The notes: generated by a model from the sequence alone, not told the origin. A stretch of DNA of 32,000 nt from Moraxella nasicaprae (GCF_025643275.1 NZ_CP089977.1:1980001-2012000); one strand, 5' to 3'. Positions 1 to 9,060 are shown, counted from the first letter of the stretch. Numbers and translations: made by a program.

Positions 1-108
1 GAAAAAGGCGGTAGTGGTATTTTTGCCATCGATTATGAAGAGTTGATGGAATATCGTGATGAATTTGCCCGCCAAGTAGAGCGAGTGACAGGTGTAGCAT
101 TAGCGTGA
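1..108 (+). CDS. prmB: 3' end of a CDS entering from upstream, probably ribosomal protein L3 glutamine methyltransferase PrmB (partial)
   Basis: Frame 1 is open from the window edge to TGA at 106-108. The tail EKGGSGIFAIDYEELMEYRDEFA resembles the recalled E. coli PrmB C-terminus (..[22 protein letters not shown]). prmB directly upstream of aroC is a conserved gammaproteobacterial arrangement. Confidence 0.5.
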   Translation, partial: EKGGSGIFAIDYEELMEYRDEFARQVERVTGVALA

Positions 109-117
109 GCAAATATG

Positions 118-152
118 ACCGCCTACTGATGGTGAGTTTGGTAGGCGGTTTT
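118..152 (+). terminator. Rho-independent terminator after the prmB-like CDS
   Basis: 9-bp stem ACCGCCTAC (118-126) / GTAGGCGGT (141-149), 14-nt loop, followed by TTTT. Confidence 0.6.
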
Positions 153-181
153 GGTCGTATTTGTGCGATTGGTTATTTGTG

Positions 182-955
182 ATGAGTTCTTTGTCCAGAC
201 ATCAACATTATCAGTTGTTAAATTTGCTTGGTTATGGATTGGCAAAATTTAATCGTGATTTTATCCAGCAGTTCAACTGCACCAATAAAGAGCAATTTTA
301 TCAATATTTTGTAGATTTTGGCATTGTAGAGACCAAAAGTGTGGTTAAAAATCGCCAAGATTTATTTGATCCATATTTTGATAATGGTCGTCAAGGTTGG
401 TGGCAGAAAAAAGAGGTCTATGAGCATAGAAAGATTTTAATTGATGGATTGTTTGGCAATGAAAATGTCATTGGCTATGCCAACATTATTAAACTGATTT
501 TGCAGAATGAGTATCAGATTGATGATTTCTTGATTAAGGAAGATATAGAGCCAATCATACAATCCAAATTCAAAAAGATGCAAGAAACTGGTTTGGAAGC
601 TGAACTTTATTTTATGCAGAATTATCAAAATATTGGGTTATTTAGTAATGGAGTTTTGCAAGACGCACGATTATTTGGCGATGGCTATGATTTTCAAATC
701 AAAACAGGTTCAAATAATTATTTAGCGGAAGTCAAAGGCATTCGCCAAAATCAGGGTAAAATTCGCTTGACTGAAAATGAGTACATCAAAGCCTGCGAGT
801 ATAAAAATGATTATATTCTGACTTTGGTGCTAAACTTAAATGAAATCCCAAGATTTTTGACGATTGAAAATCCAATTCATCAATTAAATTTTAAAGAAGT
901 AATGTTGCAATCCAAACCGATTAAAGAATATCATTTGGAGCGTGAGATATGCTGA
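182..955 (+). CDS. PD-(D/E)xK nuclease-fold protein with a DUF3883-like C-terminal domain and an uncharacterised N-terminal domain
   Basis: ORF 161..955; the first ATG is at 182 (MSSLSRHQ..), and 161 is a TTG. The C-terminal half reads GLEAELYF..GDGYDFQIK..NYLAEVKG..IRLTENEYIKA..YILTLVLN. That fits the D..(E/D)xK restriction-endonuclease-like core and the DUF3883 pattern (GyD..yiEVK..lt.nE..a..Y.ly.V). The N-terminal half has the block KNRQDLFDPYFDNGRQGWW. No clear RBS or promoter precedes it. Composition is visibly more AT-rich than aroC. Confidence 0.6.
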   Translation: MSSLSRHQHYQLLNLLGYGLAKFNRDFIQQFNCTNKEQFYQYFVDFGIVETKSVVKNRQDLFDPYFDNGRQGWWQKKEVYEHRKILIDGLFGNENVIGYANIIKLILQNEYQIDDFLIKEDIEPIIQSKFKKMQETGLEAELYFMQNYQNIGLFSNGVLQDARLFGDGYDFQIKTGSNNYLAEVKGIRQNQGKIRLTENEYIKACEYKNDYILTLVLNLNEIPRFLTIENPIHQLNFKEVMLQSKPIKEYHLEREIC

Positions 956-1197
956 CTTTTGGGCAGAAAAAAGCATTATTCTTTAAATGCTTAAATGATA
1001 AAAATGGTTCTTATGGCGACATCATTCGTGATGAAGTGATGTTTTATTTTGATGATTTGGAAAATGATTTGGGCTTCTTGGATAAATATCAATCACAAGA
1101 AGAGATAGGTCATTTTACCAATATGTTGATTTCAAAAATCATCATGAATGAACATCAAGACAGTTTAGAAAATATCCTTATGTATTATTGTCAGTAA
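949..1197 (+). CDS. Hypothetical small acidic protein (82 aa), translationally coupled to the upstream nuclease-like ORF
   Basis: Its ATG at 949 overlaps the upstream stop (ATGCTGA, stop 953-955). I recognise no family. It may be the N-terminal remnant of a larger gene that continues in another frame (see pseudogene 1152-1505). Confidence 0.4.
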   Translation: MLTFGQKKALFFKCLNDKNGSYGDIIRDEVMFYFDDLENDLGFLDKYQSQEEIGHFTNMLISKIIMNEHQDSLENILMYYCQ

Positions 1198-1505
1198 TTT
1201 TCCACCATGAAAATTCTTTCAAACAAAGATATGTCATTTGGGTTATCACACTAGATGGTCAAATTCTAACTTCAAAAGTTTGTCAAGAGAACGGCAAAGC
1301 CCTAATGACCAACCCAAATTCTGCATTGGCTGATTGGTTGTTACGCCAATGATTGAATTTAAAAGAAGGCGAATTGGCAGGTAATGAACGACTAGAATTG
1401 ATGGATTGTGATAGTGTCATTATTACCAAAATTGATGCAAATAAATATGTAATTAATAAGGCCAAATTTGGTAGTTATGAAACTTTTATTGAACAGTTAA
1501 AGTGA
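1152..1505 (+). pseudogene. Decayed gene fragment with no start codon and an in-frame TGA; possibly a B3-like DNA-binding domain of a restriction-endonuclease-type protein
   Basis: Frame 3 is open from 1152 to TGA 1503-1505 except for one in-frame TGA at 1350-1352. It reads ..[103 protein letters not shown]. There is no ATG in this frame. It overlaps the end of the 82-aa ORF in a different frame, which is consistent with a frameshift. The pattern K-A-L-x-x-P-x-x-L-x-x-W-L..L-x-L-K-E-G-E-L..D-S-V..K-I-D..Y is reminiscent, from memory only, of C-terminal B3-like domains of NgoFVII/BfiI-type enzymes. Confidence 0.35.
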
Positions 1506-1512
1506 GTATATT

Positions 1513-2601
1513 ATGTCAGGCAACACCATTGGAAAATTATTTACCGTAACCACCTGTGGCGAGTCGCACGGTGTGGGTTTGATGGCGATTGTGGACGGTG
1601 TACCGCCCAATTTGCCACTCACCGAAGAAGATTTGCAAATTGAATTGGATAGAAGAAAACCCGGCACTTCCAAATTTGCCACGCAACGAAAAGAAGATGA
1701 TAAGGTAGAAATCATCTCTGGCGTGTTTGAAGGCAAAACGACTGGCACACCCATTGGACTACTTATCCGTAACACCGACCAAAAGTCCAAAGATTATGGC
1801 AACATTGCAACAACCTTTCGCCCCAATCACGCCGATTATGCCTACACGATGAAATATGGCTTTCGGGATTATCGGGGCGGTGGGCGTTCGTCTGCACGAG
1901 AGACGGCAATGCGTGTGGCGGCAGGGGCGATTGCCAAAAAGTATCTTAAAGAACGCTTAGGCATTGTCATTCGTGGCGTTGTTACCCAAATTGGCACGGA
2001 AAAAGCGGAGAAATTGGATTGGGACATTGTAGATACCAACCCATTTTTTTGTGGTGATGAGACCGCAATTCCACGCTTTGAACAGCTCATCACAAGTTTG
2101 CGAGAGCAGGGGACAAGCTGTGGGGCAAGGCTAGAAATCTATGCCGAAAATGTGCCTGTGGGGCTTGGCGAGCCTGTGTTTGACCGCCTTGATGCCGATA
2201 TTGCTTTTGCGATGATGTCTATCAATGCGGTGAAGGGCGTGGAGATTGGCGATGGTTTTGATGTGGCAGGGCAGTTTGGACACCAAGCCCAAGATGAGCT
2301 TACGCCCAATGGCTTTACTGCCAATCACGCAGGCGGGATTTTGGGTGGCATATCAAGCGGTCAGACCATTAAGGTTGCCATTGCCCTAAAACCGACTTCT
2401 AGCATTACAACGGCTGGCAAATCCATTGACCTAGATGGCAATCCTGTTGATGTCATCACCAAAGGTCGCCACGACCCTTGTGTGGGGGTGCGAGCTGTAC
2501 CGATTGCTGAGAGTATGCTGGCGATTGTTCTCTTAGACCATTATTTACGCCATCGGGGGCAAAATAGCGATGTGGTACAGCCGTTAAAACCGATAGAGTG
2601 A
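1513..2601 (+). CDS. aroC: Chorismate synthase
   Basis: 362 aa. N-terminus [32 protein letters not shown], plus [26 protein letters not shown] and KGRHDPCVG, which are typical AroC signatures along the full length. Confidence 0.95.
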   Translation: MSGNTIGKLFTVTTCGESHGVGLMAIVDGVPPNLPLTEEDLQIELDRRKPGTSKFATQRKEDDKVEIISGVFEGKTTGTPIGLLIRNTDQKSKDYGNIATTFRPNHADYAYTMKYGFRDYRGGGRSSARETAMRVAAGAIAKKYLKERLGIVIRGVVTQIGTEKAEKLDWDIVDTNPFFCGDETAIPRFEQLITSLREQGTSCGARLEIYAENVPVGLGEPVFDRLDADIAFAMMSINAVKGVEIGDGFDVAGQFGHQAQDELTPNGFTANHAGGILGGISSGQTIKVAIALKPTSSITTAGKSIDLDGNPVDVITKGRHDPCVGVRAVPIAESMLAIVLLDHYLRHRGQNSDVVQPLKPIE

Positions 2602-2628
2602 TTTTGGACAAGGTACTAAGGATTTACT

Positions 2629-3198
2629 ATGCTATCCAATATAAAACGCAAATTTTTACCAATAATGTGTTTGGGGTTATTGTCTTTTGGGCAATCAAGT
2701 TTTGCTAATGAACCAACTGAACCAGCTTTAATGGATTGGTACAAAATGGTTGCTCCCAATTATATTCAATTTCAACAAATATATGACGAAAAATTGGACG
2801 GTACAGTATTTTCACAAATGCTTCGCCCAAGCCGTGAGCAGATTTTTTCAGACCAAAAACTAAGTTCCGAGCAAATACAACTGGGAGCCAAGTTGTCCGA
2901 GCAAGCCTATTATCATTGTATGGTTTGGGGGTATGACCATTTGACAGCGATGTTTGGCGATGATGATAAGATTGCTGATGGTATTTTTGCATTATGCCAA
3001 GACCATGAAGACATCTATGATATTTATAATATTTTGCTGGCGTCCGACCATTACGGCTTTGAAATGACCGAATATAAGGCGTGGCAACGCATTCAAGAAA
3101 ATAAACAAAAAGGCATAAGAGACAATAGCGATTTTCGTCAGGCGGTCAAAAAACAACTCGCTCAACTAAACGAGGCGTCAAGTACCATCAATGAATAA
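2629..3198 (+). CDS. Secreted or periplasmic hypothetical protein
   Basis: 189 aa. RBS AAGGA lies 7 nt upstream. N-terminal signal peptide MLSNIKRKFLPIMCLGLLSFGQSSFA|NEP. I recognise no family. Confidence 0.6.
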   Translation: MLSNIKRKFLPIMCLGLLSFGQSSFANEPTEPALMDWYKMVAPNYIQFQQIYDEKLDGTVFSQMLRPSREQIFSDQKLSSEQIQLGAKLSEQAYYHCMVWGYDHLTAMFGDDDKIADGIFALCQDHEDIYDIYNILLASDHYGFEMTEYKAWQRIQENKQKGIRDNSDFRQAVKKQLAQLNEASSTINE

Positions 3199-3269
3199 TC
3201 CGATGATGAACTGCTTATTTGGATTGAATGATTGGTGTCTTTGATGAGTCATTAAGCAAGGATTATATC

Positions 3270-3932
3270 ATGAACGGACAAAGCAAAGACAAAGCACCTA
3301 AACTGTACTTATTAACTAACGATGATGAGATAGATACCCTGCTTGATAAACTACAACGAGCCTTTGAGACAGGAGCGGTGTCGTTATTGCAAATTCGCCG
3401 TAAAGCCACTTTAAAACAATATGACCTTGCCACCGTGTACAGGGAGGCGGAGCTAATCATCAGCCTTGCCAATGATTATGATGTTGGCGTGGTCATCAAT
3501 GAAGATTTGGAGTTGGCATCACATTTTGGCACAGGATTGCATTTGGGCAAACGAGATGGCAATGTGCGTGTTGCAAGAGAGATTTTGGGCGATGATGCCA
3601 TTATTGGCACAAGCTGTTATGCAGATATTGCATTGTTTAAAGAGGCTAAACGAGAAGGGGCAAGCTATGGCTCTATGGGGACGATTTTTGCGTCCATCAC
3701 CAAGCCTCGTGCCAGCATCATTCCAAGAGCAATTTTAAATCGTGCTACGCAGGTGGCGTTACCACTTTGTGCCATTGGCGGGATTGCCTTGGATAACATC
3801 TACCAGCTTAGAGATGATTTGAATGGACATGCCATCGAGTATATTGCGGTCAGTTCAGACATCATGGGGCATTCATCAGACAGCATTGCCAGTAAATGCC
3901 AAGCGTGGCGAAACAAACTAGAAAATTGGTAA
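3270..3932 (+). CDS. thiE: Thiamine-phosphate synthase
   Basis: The ORF opens at 3228, but ATG 3270 (MNGQSKDKAPKLYLLTND) is the likelier start. It is colinear with E. coli ThiE: LLQIRRK, VVINEDLELA, GLHLGKRD, IIGTSCY, PLCAIGGI, AVSSDI. Confidence 0.85.
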   Translation: MNGQSKDKAPKLYLLTNDDEIDTLLDKLQRAFETGAVSLLQIRRKATLKQYDLATVYREAELIISLANDYDVGVVINEDLELASHFGTGLHLGKRDGNVRVAREILGDDAIIGTSCYADIALFKEAKREGASYGSMGTIFASITKPRASIIPRAILNRATQVALPLCAIGGIALDNIYQLRDDLNGHAIEYIAVSSDIMGHSSDSIASKCQAWRNKLENW

Positions 3933-3958
3933 ATTTATTTTAATTATTCTAATCAATC

Positions 3959-6900
3959 ATGACAAACCATCAGCACATATTTCCATCACTTACCCCCATT
4001 GAGACCACCAAAGCTGGCTACAAAACCACCATCGCCAAGCCCAAAGATGCGGCATTAAGTTATTATTTAGCGGCATTATCCCACCAGCAAAATCGTCTGA
4101 TTGTGATGGTGGCAAATTCATCGCATGAGGTCAATCGACTAGAAACGGAGCTGGCATTTTTTGGGGCAAAAGTGCAGGTTTTTGCTGATTGGGAGATTTT
4201 GGCTTATGACCAGTTGTCAGTGCATCAAGACATTGTTTCAGAACGCATTGAGACTTTGACTCACATGCCCACGCAGGGTATTTTGTTGGTCAATGCACAG
4301 ACGCTGTCGCAACGCATCGCTCCGCCATCGTGGCTTTTGGGTCAGCATTTTGACCTTAAAGTGGGCGATGTCTTTGACCTAGATACCCAAAAAGCACGAC
4401 TGACCAAAGCAGGTTATGCGTTGGTGGATAGTGTGTTCGAGCCTGGTGAGTTTGCGGTGCGTGGCAGTATCATTGATGTGTTTGCCATCGGTCAGGTGTT
4501 GCCGTTTCGATTGGATTTGTTTGATGATGAAATCGAGAGCATTCGCTTTTTTGACCCAGAAAGCCAGCGAACCATCAGTGATGATGAGCTTGCCAAGATG
4601 GCCAAAGATGGTTTGTCTGGTCTGAATAATATCAACAGTCATAAACTGCCCAAAACTGCCAAGATTAATCAGTTTAGCCTACTGCCTGCCAAAGAATTTC
4701 CCTTTGAAGAGGCCAAAGAGCAATTTCGACAAAATTTTGCCAGTTTGTTCATCAATACCAGTGCCAGACGGGTTGATTTTTATCAAGAGGTGATGTCAGG
4801 AATTGCACCGCAGGGCATCGAATTTTATGCACCGCTGTTTTTTGAATTTGAATCATGGTTTACCCAAGGTCATTTATTTGCTTACCTACCCAAAAATGCT
4901 GTGGTTGTGCGGCACAATAATCTGACGGCAGTACATGATGAGCATTGGCAACAGGTGCTTTCTCGTCATCAGGCACGAGCCCATGACAAAGATGTGCCTG
5001 TGATGCCTCCTGATTATCTGTTTTTGCCAAGCAATGAGTTTCATCAGCTTCTTAATCAATATCCACAAATTGTGCTTGATGATGGTGATGATGAGCTGGG
5101 TAGCAAGTCAGGATTGGTGTTGCCAATCAATCATCAAGCATCAGAACCGTTGGAGGCGTTGCTTGAATTCATCAAAAGCTGTGGCGTACCTGTATTGCTG
5201 GCAGCAGAGACCGCTGGTCGTCGTGAGATTATTTTAGAATTATTAAAAAATAAGCTATCGGTTAGCTTGGTGGCAGACTTTTGGGAATTTATCCAAAGAC
5301 GTGATGAGTTTGATGCACAGCACATTGCTTTGACGGTCGCTCCTTTGGAACAAGGGGCGTATCTGACCCACGAACTTAGGTTTTGTGTCATCAGTGAGCC
5401 ACAGATTTTTGGTCGGCAGGTATTGCAAACTCGCCGCCGCCGTCAATCCAGCATTTCTCAGGCTTTTTTGGTTAAGTCAGTTACTGAGCTTAGTGAAGGG
5501 TCGTTGGTGGTGCATTTGGAGCATGGTATCGGTCGTTATCAGGGCTTGATTGTGCTAGATGTGGGCGAGGGTGAGCAAGAATTTATTCATTTAAAATATG
5601 CTGATGATGCCAGCATTTATGTGCCAATCACTCATTTATCTTTGATAGGGCGATATAGCGGTACTGATTCTGAGGCAGTGGCATTATCCAAAATTGGCAG
5701 TGGCAAATGGGAGAAATCCAAACTAAAAGCCTTAGAACAGATTTATGATGTGGCGGCAGAGCTGCTTAATGTTCAGGCTCGTCGCAATGCCAAAGAGGGC
5801 ATCAGTTTTGATATTGACATGGCTCAATATGAACTGTTTGCCAGTCAGTTTGCCTATGAAGAGACGCTTGACCAGATGGTTGCCATCGATGCAGTGTTGC
5901 ATGACATGAAACAATCCAAACCAATGGATAGGCTCATCTGCGGTGATGTGGGTTTTGGTAAGACGGAAGTTGCCATGAGGGCGGCATTTGTGGCGGTGCA
6001 GGCGGGCTATCAGGTGGCGGTGCTTGTACCAACCACACTATTGGCAGGACAGCACGAAGATAGCTTTCGCAGTCGTTTTGCTGATTGGCCGATACGCATT
6101 GAAAGTTTATCTCGATTTGGCAATAAAAAACATCATGACGCTGTGCTTGAAGAGCTGGCATCAGGCAAAGTGGATATTGTCATTGGCACGCATAAATTAT
6201 TGCAAGATGACATCAAATTTGCCAACTTGGGTTTGATGATTGTTGATGAAGAGCATCGTTTTGGGGTGCGTCATAAACAAAAAATCAAGAGTCTGCAAAG
6301 TGATATTGACAGTCTATCAATGACTGCCACGCCAATTCCTAGAACGCTAAACATGGCATTGTCGGGCATGCAGGACATTTCCATCATTGCCACACCTCCT
6401 GCCAGACGATTGGCGGTCAAGACCTTTTTGATGGCAAAATCAGATGAAATCACCAAAGAGGCGATTTTGCGAGAGATTTTGCGTGGTGGTCAAGTATATT
6501 ATTTGCACAATGATGTGGCAAGCATTGAATCAACCGCTGAGCGTTTATCAGAGCTGATTCCTGAGGCACGAGTGGCGGTGGCTCATGGACAAATGGCAGA
6601 AAAAGAGCTATCAGCGGTGATGAGTGACTTTTATCACAAAAAATATCATATTTTAGTGGCAAGCACCATCATCGAAACAGGCATTGATATGCCAAACGCC
6701 AATACCATCATCATCAATCGTGCCGATAAGTTTGGTATTGCTCAGCTTCACCAGCTGCGTGGCAGGGTGGGGCGTAGCCATCATCAGGCTTATTGCTATT
6801 TGTTAGTGCCATCACTCAAAGGGCTAAGCAGTGATGCTAAAAAACGCCTCAATGCCATCACTCGTGCCAATACATTGGGAGCGGGTTTCATGCTTGCCAG

Positions 6901-7525
6901 TGAGGATTTGGAGATTCGTGGTGCTGGCGAGATTTTGGGCAAAGAACAAAGTGGCAATATGCAAACCATTGGCTTTGGGCTGTACATGGACATGCTTGAA
7001 AGAGCCACCAAAGCCATCAAATCAGGCAAAACCCCGAGTTTGGCAACACCACTTGACTTGATGAGTGAGATTGACATTCATGCTTCTGCGTTAATTCCTG
7101 ATGAGTATTTGGGCGATGTTCATGAAAGATTGTTATTTTATAAACGAATCAGCCAAACCGATGACATTGATGAGCTTATCAGCATTCGCACGGAGATGAT
7201 TGACCGTTTTGGGACTTTGCCAACCCCAGCTCACAATCTGTTTGCTGTACATCGCTGTCGTATTCGTGCCAAAGTTTTGGGCATTGCCAAAATTGATGCA
7301 ACTGCTCAGAGTATTGGCATTGAGTTTAAACCAGACACGCCCGTGGACGGACTTGCCATTATTAAACTGATTCAAAGTGGCGATGCTTATCGCATGAATG
7401 GGGCGACTTTTTTAAAATACACCAGCAAAACTTCGATGGATGCCCAGACACGACTTGATAAGATGGCGGAGTTGTTGGCTTATTTTGAGCAAAACACCAT
7501 CAAGCATGATGCTGACGCTGGATAA
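3959..7525 (+). CDS. mfd: Transcription-repair coupling factor
   Basis: 1188 aa. UvrB-homology N-terminal region, RNAP-interacting block VVHLEHGIGRYQGL, superfamily-2 helicase motifs GDVGFGKTEVAMRAAF, MIVDEEHRFG, TATPIPRTL, QLHQLRGRVGRS, and a TRCF C-terminal domain. Confidence 0.97.
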   Translation: MTNHQHIFPSLTPIETTKAGYKTTIAKPKDAALSYYLAALSHQQNRLIVMVANSSHEVNRLETELAFFGAKVQVFADWEILAYDQLSVHQDIVSERIETLTHMPTQGILLVNAQTLSQRIAPPSWLLGQHFDLKVGDVFDLDTQKARLTKAGYALVDSVFEPGEFAVRGSIIDVFAIGQVLPFRLDLFDDEIESIRFFDPESQRTISDDELAKMAKDGLSGLNNINSHKLPKTAKINQFSLLPAKEFPFEEAKEQFRQNFASLFINTSARRVDFYQEVMSGIAPQGIEFYAPLFFEFESWFTQGHLFAYLPKNAVVVRHNNLTAVHDEHWQQVLSRHQARAHDKDVPVMPPDYLFLPSNEFHQLLNQYPQIVLDDGDDELGSKSGLVLPINHQASEPLEALLEFIKSCGVPVLLAAETAGRREIILELLKNKLSVSLVADFWEFIQRRDEFDAQHIALTVAPLEQGAYLTHELRFCVISEPQIFGRQVLQTRRRRQSSISQAFLVKSVTELSEGSLVVHLEHGIGRYQGLIVLDVGEGEQEFIHLKYADDASIYVPITHLSLIGRYSGTDSEAVALSKIGSGKWEKSKLKALEQIYDVAAELLNVQARRNAKEGISFDIDMAQYELFASQFAYEETLDQMVAIDAVLHDMKQSKPMDRLICGDVGFGKTEVAMRAAFVAVQAGYQVAVLVPTTLLAGQHEDSFRSRFADWPIRIESLSRFGNKKHHDAVLEELASGKVDIVIGTHKLLQDDIKFANLGLMIVDEEHRFGVRHKQKIKSLQSDIDSLSMTATPIPRTLNMALSGMQDISIIATPPARRLAVKTFLMAKSDEITKEAILREILRGGQVYYLHNDVASIESTAERLSELIPEARVAVAHGQMAEKELSAVMSDFYHKKYHILVASTIIETGIDMPNANTIIINRADKFGIAQLHQLRGRVGRSHHQAYCYLLVPSLKGLSSDAKKRLNAITRANTLGAGFMLASEDLEIRGAGEILGKEQSGNMQTIGFGLYMDMLERATKAIKSGKTPSLATPLDLMSEIDIHASALIPDEYLGDVHERLLFYKRISQTDDIDELISIRTEMIDRFGTLPTPAHNLFAVHRCRIRAKVLGIAKIDATAQSIGIEFKPDTPVDGLAIIKLIQSGDAYRMNGATFLKYTSKTSMDAQTRLDKMAELLAYFEQNTIKHDADAG

Positions 7526-7574
7526 TAATGCCAAAATTGACCCACAAAAGCACCTGTAATAATGGCAATATTTG

Positions 7575-7583
7575 TGCTACAAT
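7575..7583 (+). promoter_or_regulatory. Candidate extended -10 promoter for the HIT gene
   Basis: TGcTACAAT lies 43 nt upstream of ATG 7626. It sits in the loop and right arm of the palindrome GGCAATATT (7564-7572) / AATATTGCC (7581-7589). Confidence 0.35.
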
Positions 7584-7625
7584 ATTGCCAAGAATGATTT
7601 AATTTAATGACTATAAGAGATAACC

Positions 7626-8063
7626 ATGTTCCAACTACACCCACAGCTTGCTAAGGATACTTTTTTGGTGGGCGATTTTCCTTTGTCCACAGTGCGTTTG
7701 ATGAATGATTGCCAGTTTCCTTGGCTGATTTTAGTGCCACGAGTTTCTGGCATCAAAGAAATTTATGAATTAAGTGCTGCCGATCAGGTGCAATTTTTGC
7801 GTGAATCCAGCTGGGTTTCTAGCCAAATGGCAAAAATTTTTGGTGCTGATAAGATGAATGTGGCTGCATTGGGCAATCAAGTACCACAGCTGCATTTTCA
7901 TCATATTGTCCGTTATCAAAATGATGTGGCTTGGCCAAATCCTGTTTGGGGCAGACCTGCCATTCCATATACGGTCGAAGTTTTGCAGCACATGCAACAA
8001 ACTTTGATGATGGCGTTGCGTGGTCATCATGAGATGCCATTTGATTGGAAGATGAGTGTATAG
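7626..8063 (+). CDS. HIT (histidine triad) family protein
   Basis: 145 aa. The histidine-triad motif is QLHFHHIV, and the preceding block is FPWLILVPR..I.E...L, typical of HIT hydrolases. Confidence 0.8.
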   Translation: MFQLHPQLAKDTFLVGDFPLSTVRLMNDCQFPWLILVPRVSGIKEIYELSAADQVQFLRESSWVSSQMAKIFGADKMNVAALGNQVPQLHFHHIVRYQNDVAWPNPVWGRPAIPYTVEVLQHMQQTLMMALRGHHEMPFDWKMSV

Positions 8064-8120
8064 ATGATAAGTGATTGATTTTCTTGATATTTTTATCAAA
8101 TCAATCCAGAATAATCCAGA

Positions 8121-8150
8121 AACAGCCCGAGTAATATTAGGGCTGTTTTT
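8121..8150 (+). terminator. Rho-independent terminator after the HIT gene
   Basis: Stem AACAGCCC (8121-8128) / GGGCTGTT (8140-8147), followed by TTT. Confidence 0.65.
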
Positions 8151-8576
8151 GCTTTAAGGTGATACTTGTTGCAATCAGTGGACTGATGATGGTCATGCAA
8201 AGCAACATCACGCATTTGTCTTATCGTGGATTAACCCATCACGCAAGCCAAATAATTGGTGTATTTTTGTTTGTGCTAATAAAAATTTCTTTATGGCGAC
8301 TGGCTTGGTCTTAGGTTGCCAATCGTTTGGTGCGTGTCATGCACATCTACTTAACCGCATCATTTGTTCAGCTGTCCGTTTGTTTTGGGCTGATAATCAG
8401 CCAAGAGCTGTGATAAATCTGATTGCACACGAATGAGTGCTTAGGTATAATAAAAAACCTTTTTTCAAGACATCTTTAACGCTTATTCGATGAATTTATG
8501 ATGAAACGATGCGAATCAGCCCACATGATTGACCCAGTCACTTTGTCGCCAACTGATGATAGATTGGGTGCATAAA

Positions 8577-9002
8577 ATGGCGATAAAAACCGTACTATTG
8601 GGATTGGGTAGTAATGTTTGCCAAGATAAATTAAATCAAGGTATTTTGTTGCTTGGTTCATTAGGTTCGTGTGTGGTGTCTGATGTGATTAGTGGACAAG
8701 ATTACACGGCATGTAGCCGACGCACCTATGACAATGTCTGTCTGTTATTGTCATTGACGCACGAAAATGAATTGGTTGATTTATTAGATATATTTAAAAA
8801 AATAGAAATACAATGTGGCAGAGATTCTCGAAAAAAAACCGCTCAATATGACTACGAAGTGGCGATGGATATTGATGTTTTGGCGTGGCAGATTGGCGAT
8901 GATTGGCACGCTGATGGTAGACGCTTACCGCTAAAACCACATGAAAAAATCGCTGCCAAACAAGTGGCAAAACAGTTGCTTGATTGGGGCGTGATTTATT
9001 AG
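8577..9002 (+). CDS. Divergent HPPK-like protein (2-amino-4-hydroxy-6-hydroxymethyldihydropteridine pyrophosphokinase family)
   Basis: The ORF opens at 8529, but ATG 8577 gives MAIKTVLLGLGSN.., matching the HPPK start (..aYIaiGSNl..). Further colinear blocks are YDNVCLLLSL (YLNAAVALET in E. coli FolK), IEIQCGR (IELQQGR) and VAMDIDVLAW (RTLDLDIMLF). The rest is strongly diverged. Confidence 0.5.
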   Translation: MAIKTVLLGLGSNVCQDKLNQGILLLGSLGSCVVSDVISGQDYTACSRRTYDNVCLLLSLTHENELVDLLDIFKKIEIQCGRDSRKKTAQYDYEVAMDIDVLAWQIGDDWHADGRRLPLKPHEKIAAKQVAKQLLDWGVIY

Positions 9003-9060
9003 TTGTGGTACTTGATGGGCGATGCTCAATCGGTATTAATCCTGTGATGGTGAGTTTTTT

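Noticed and set aside
1350-1352. The in-frame TGA considered as selenocysteine or programmed readthrough
   Set aside because: The frame lacks a start codon and also needs a frameshift upstream. There is no SECIS-like hairpin immediately downstream. Pseudogenisation is the simpler explanation.
109-1512. The prmB-aroC insert considered as a mobile element (IS, integron cassette or genomic islet with an integrase)
   Set aside because: I could find no transposase, integrase or recombinase ORF, no terminal inverted repeats and no flanking direct repeats by eye. I report it only as a compositionally distinct insertion.
3466-3738. 90-aa alternative-frame ORF inside thiE. Comparable same-strand overlapping ORFs occur in mfd (4416-4625, 5034-5237, 5988-6236, 6831-7061) and purF (23116-23478, 23479-23775).
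   Set aside because: These are out-of-frame ORFs inside strongly conserved genes, with Cys/Trp/Met-rich improbable compositions and no RBS.
7564-7589. Palindrome GGCAATATT-N8-AATATTGCC considered as the mfd terminator
   Set aside because: The stem is AT-rich and no T tract follows it. It overlaps a good extended -10 (TGcTACAAT) for the HIT gene, so a promoter or operator role is more plausible. I kept it only as a low-confidence regulatory note.
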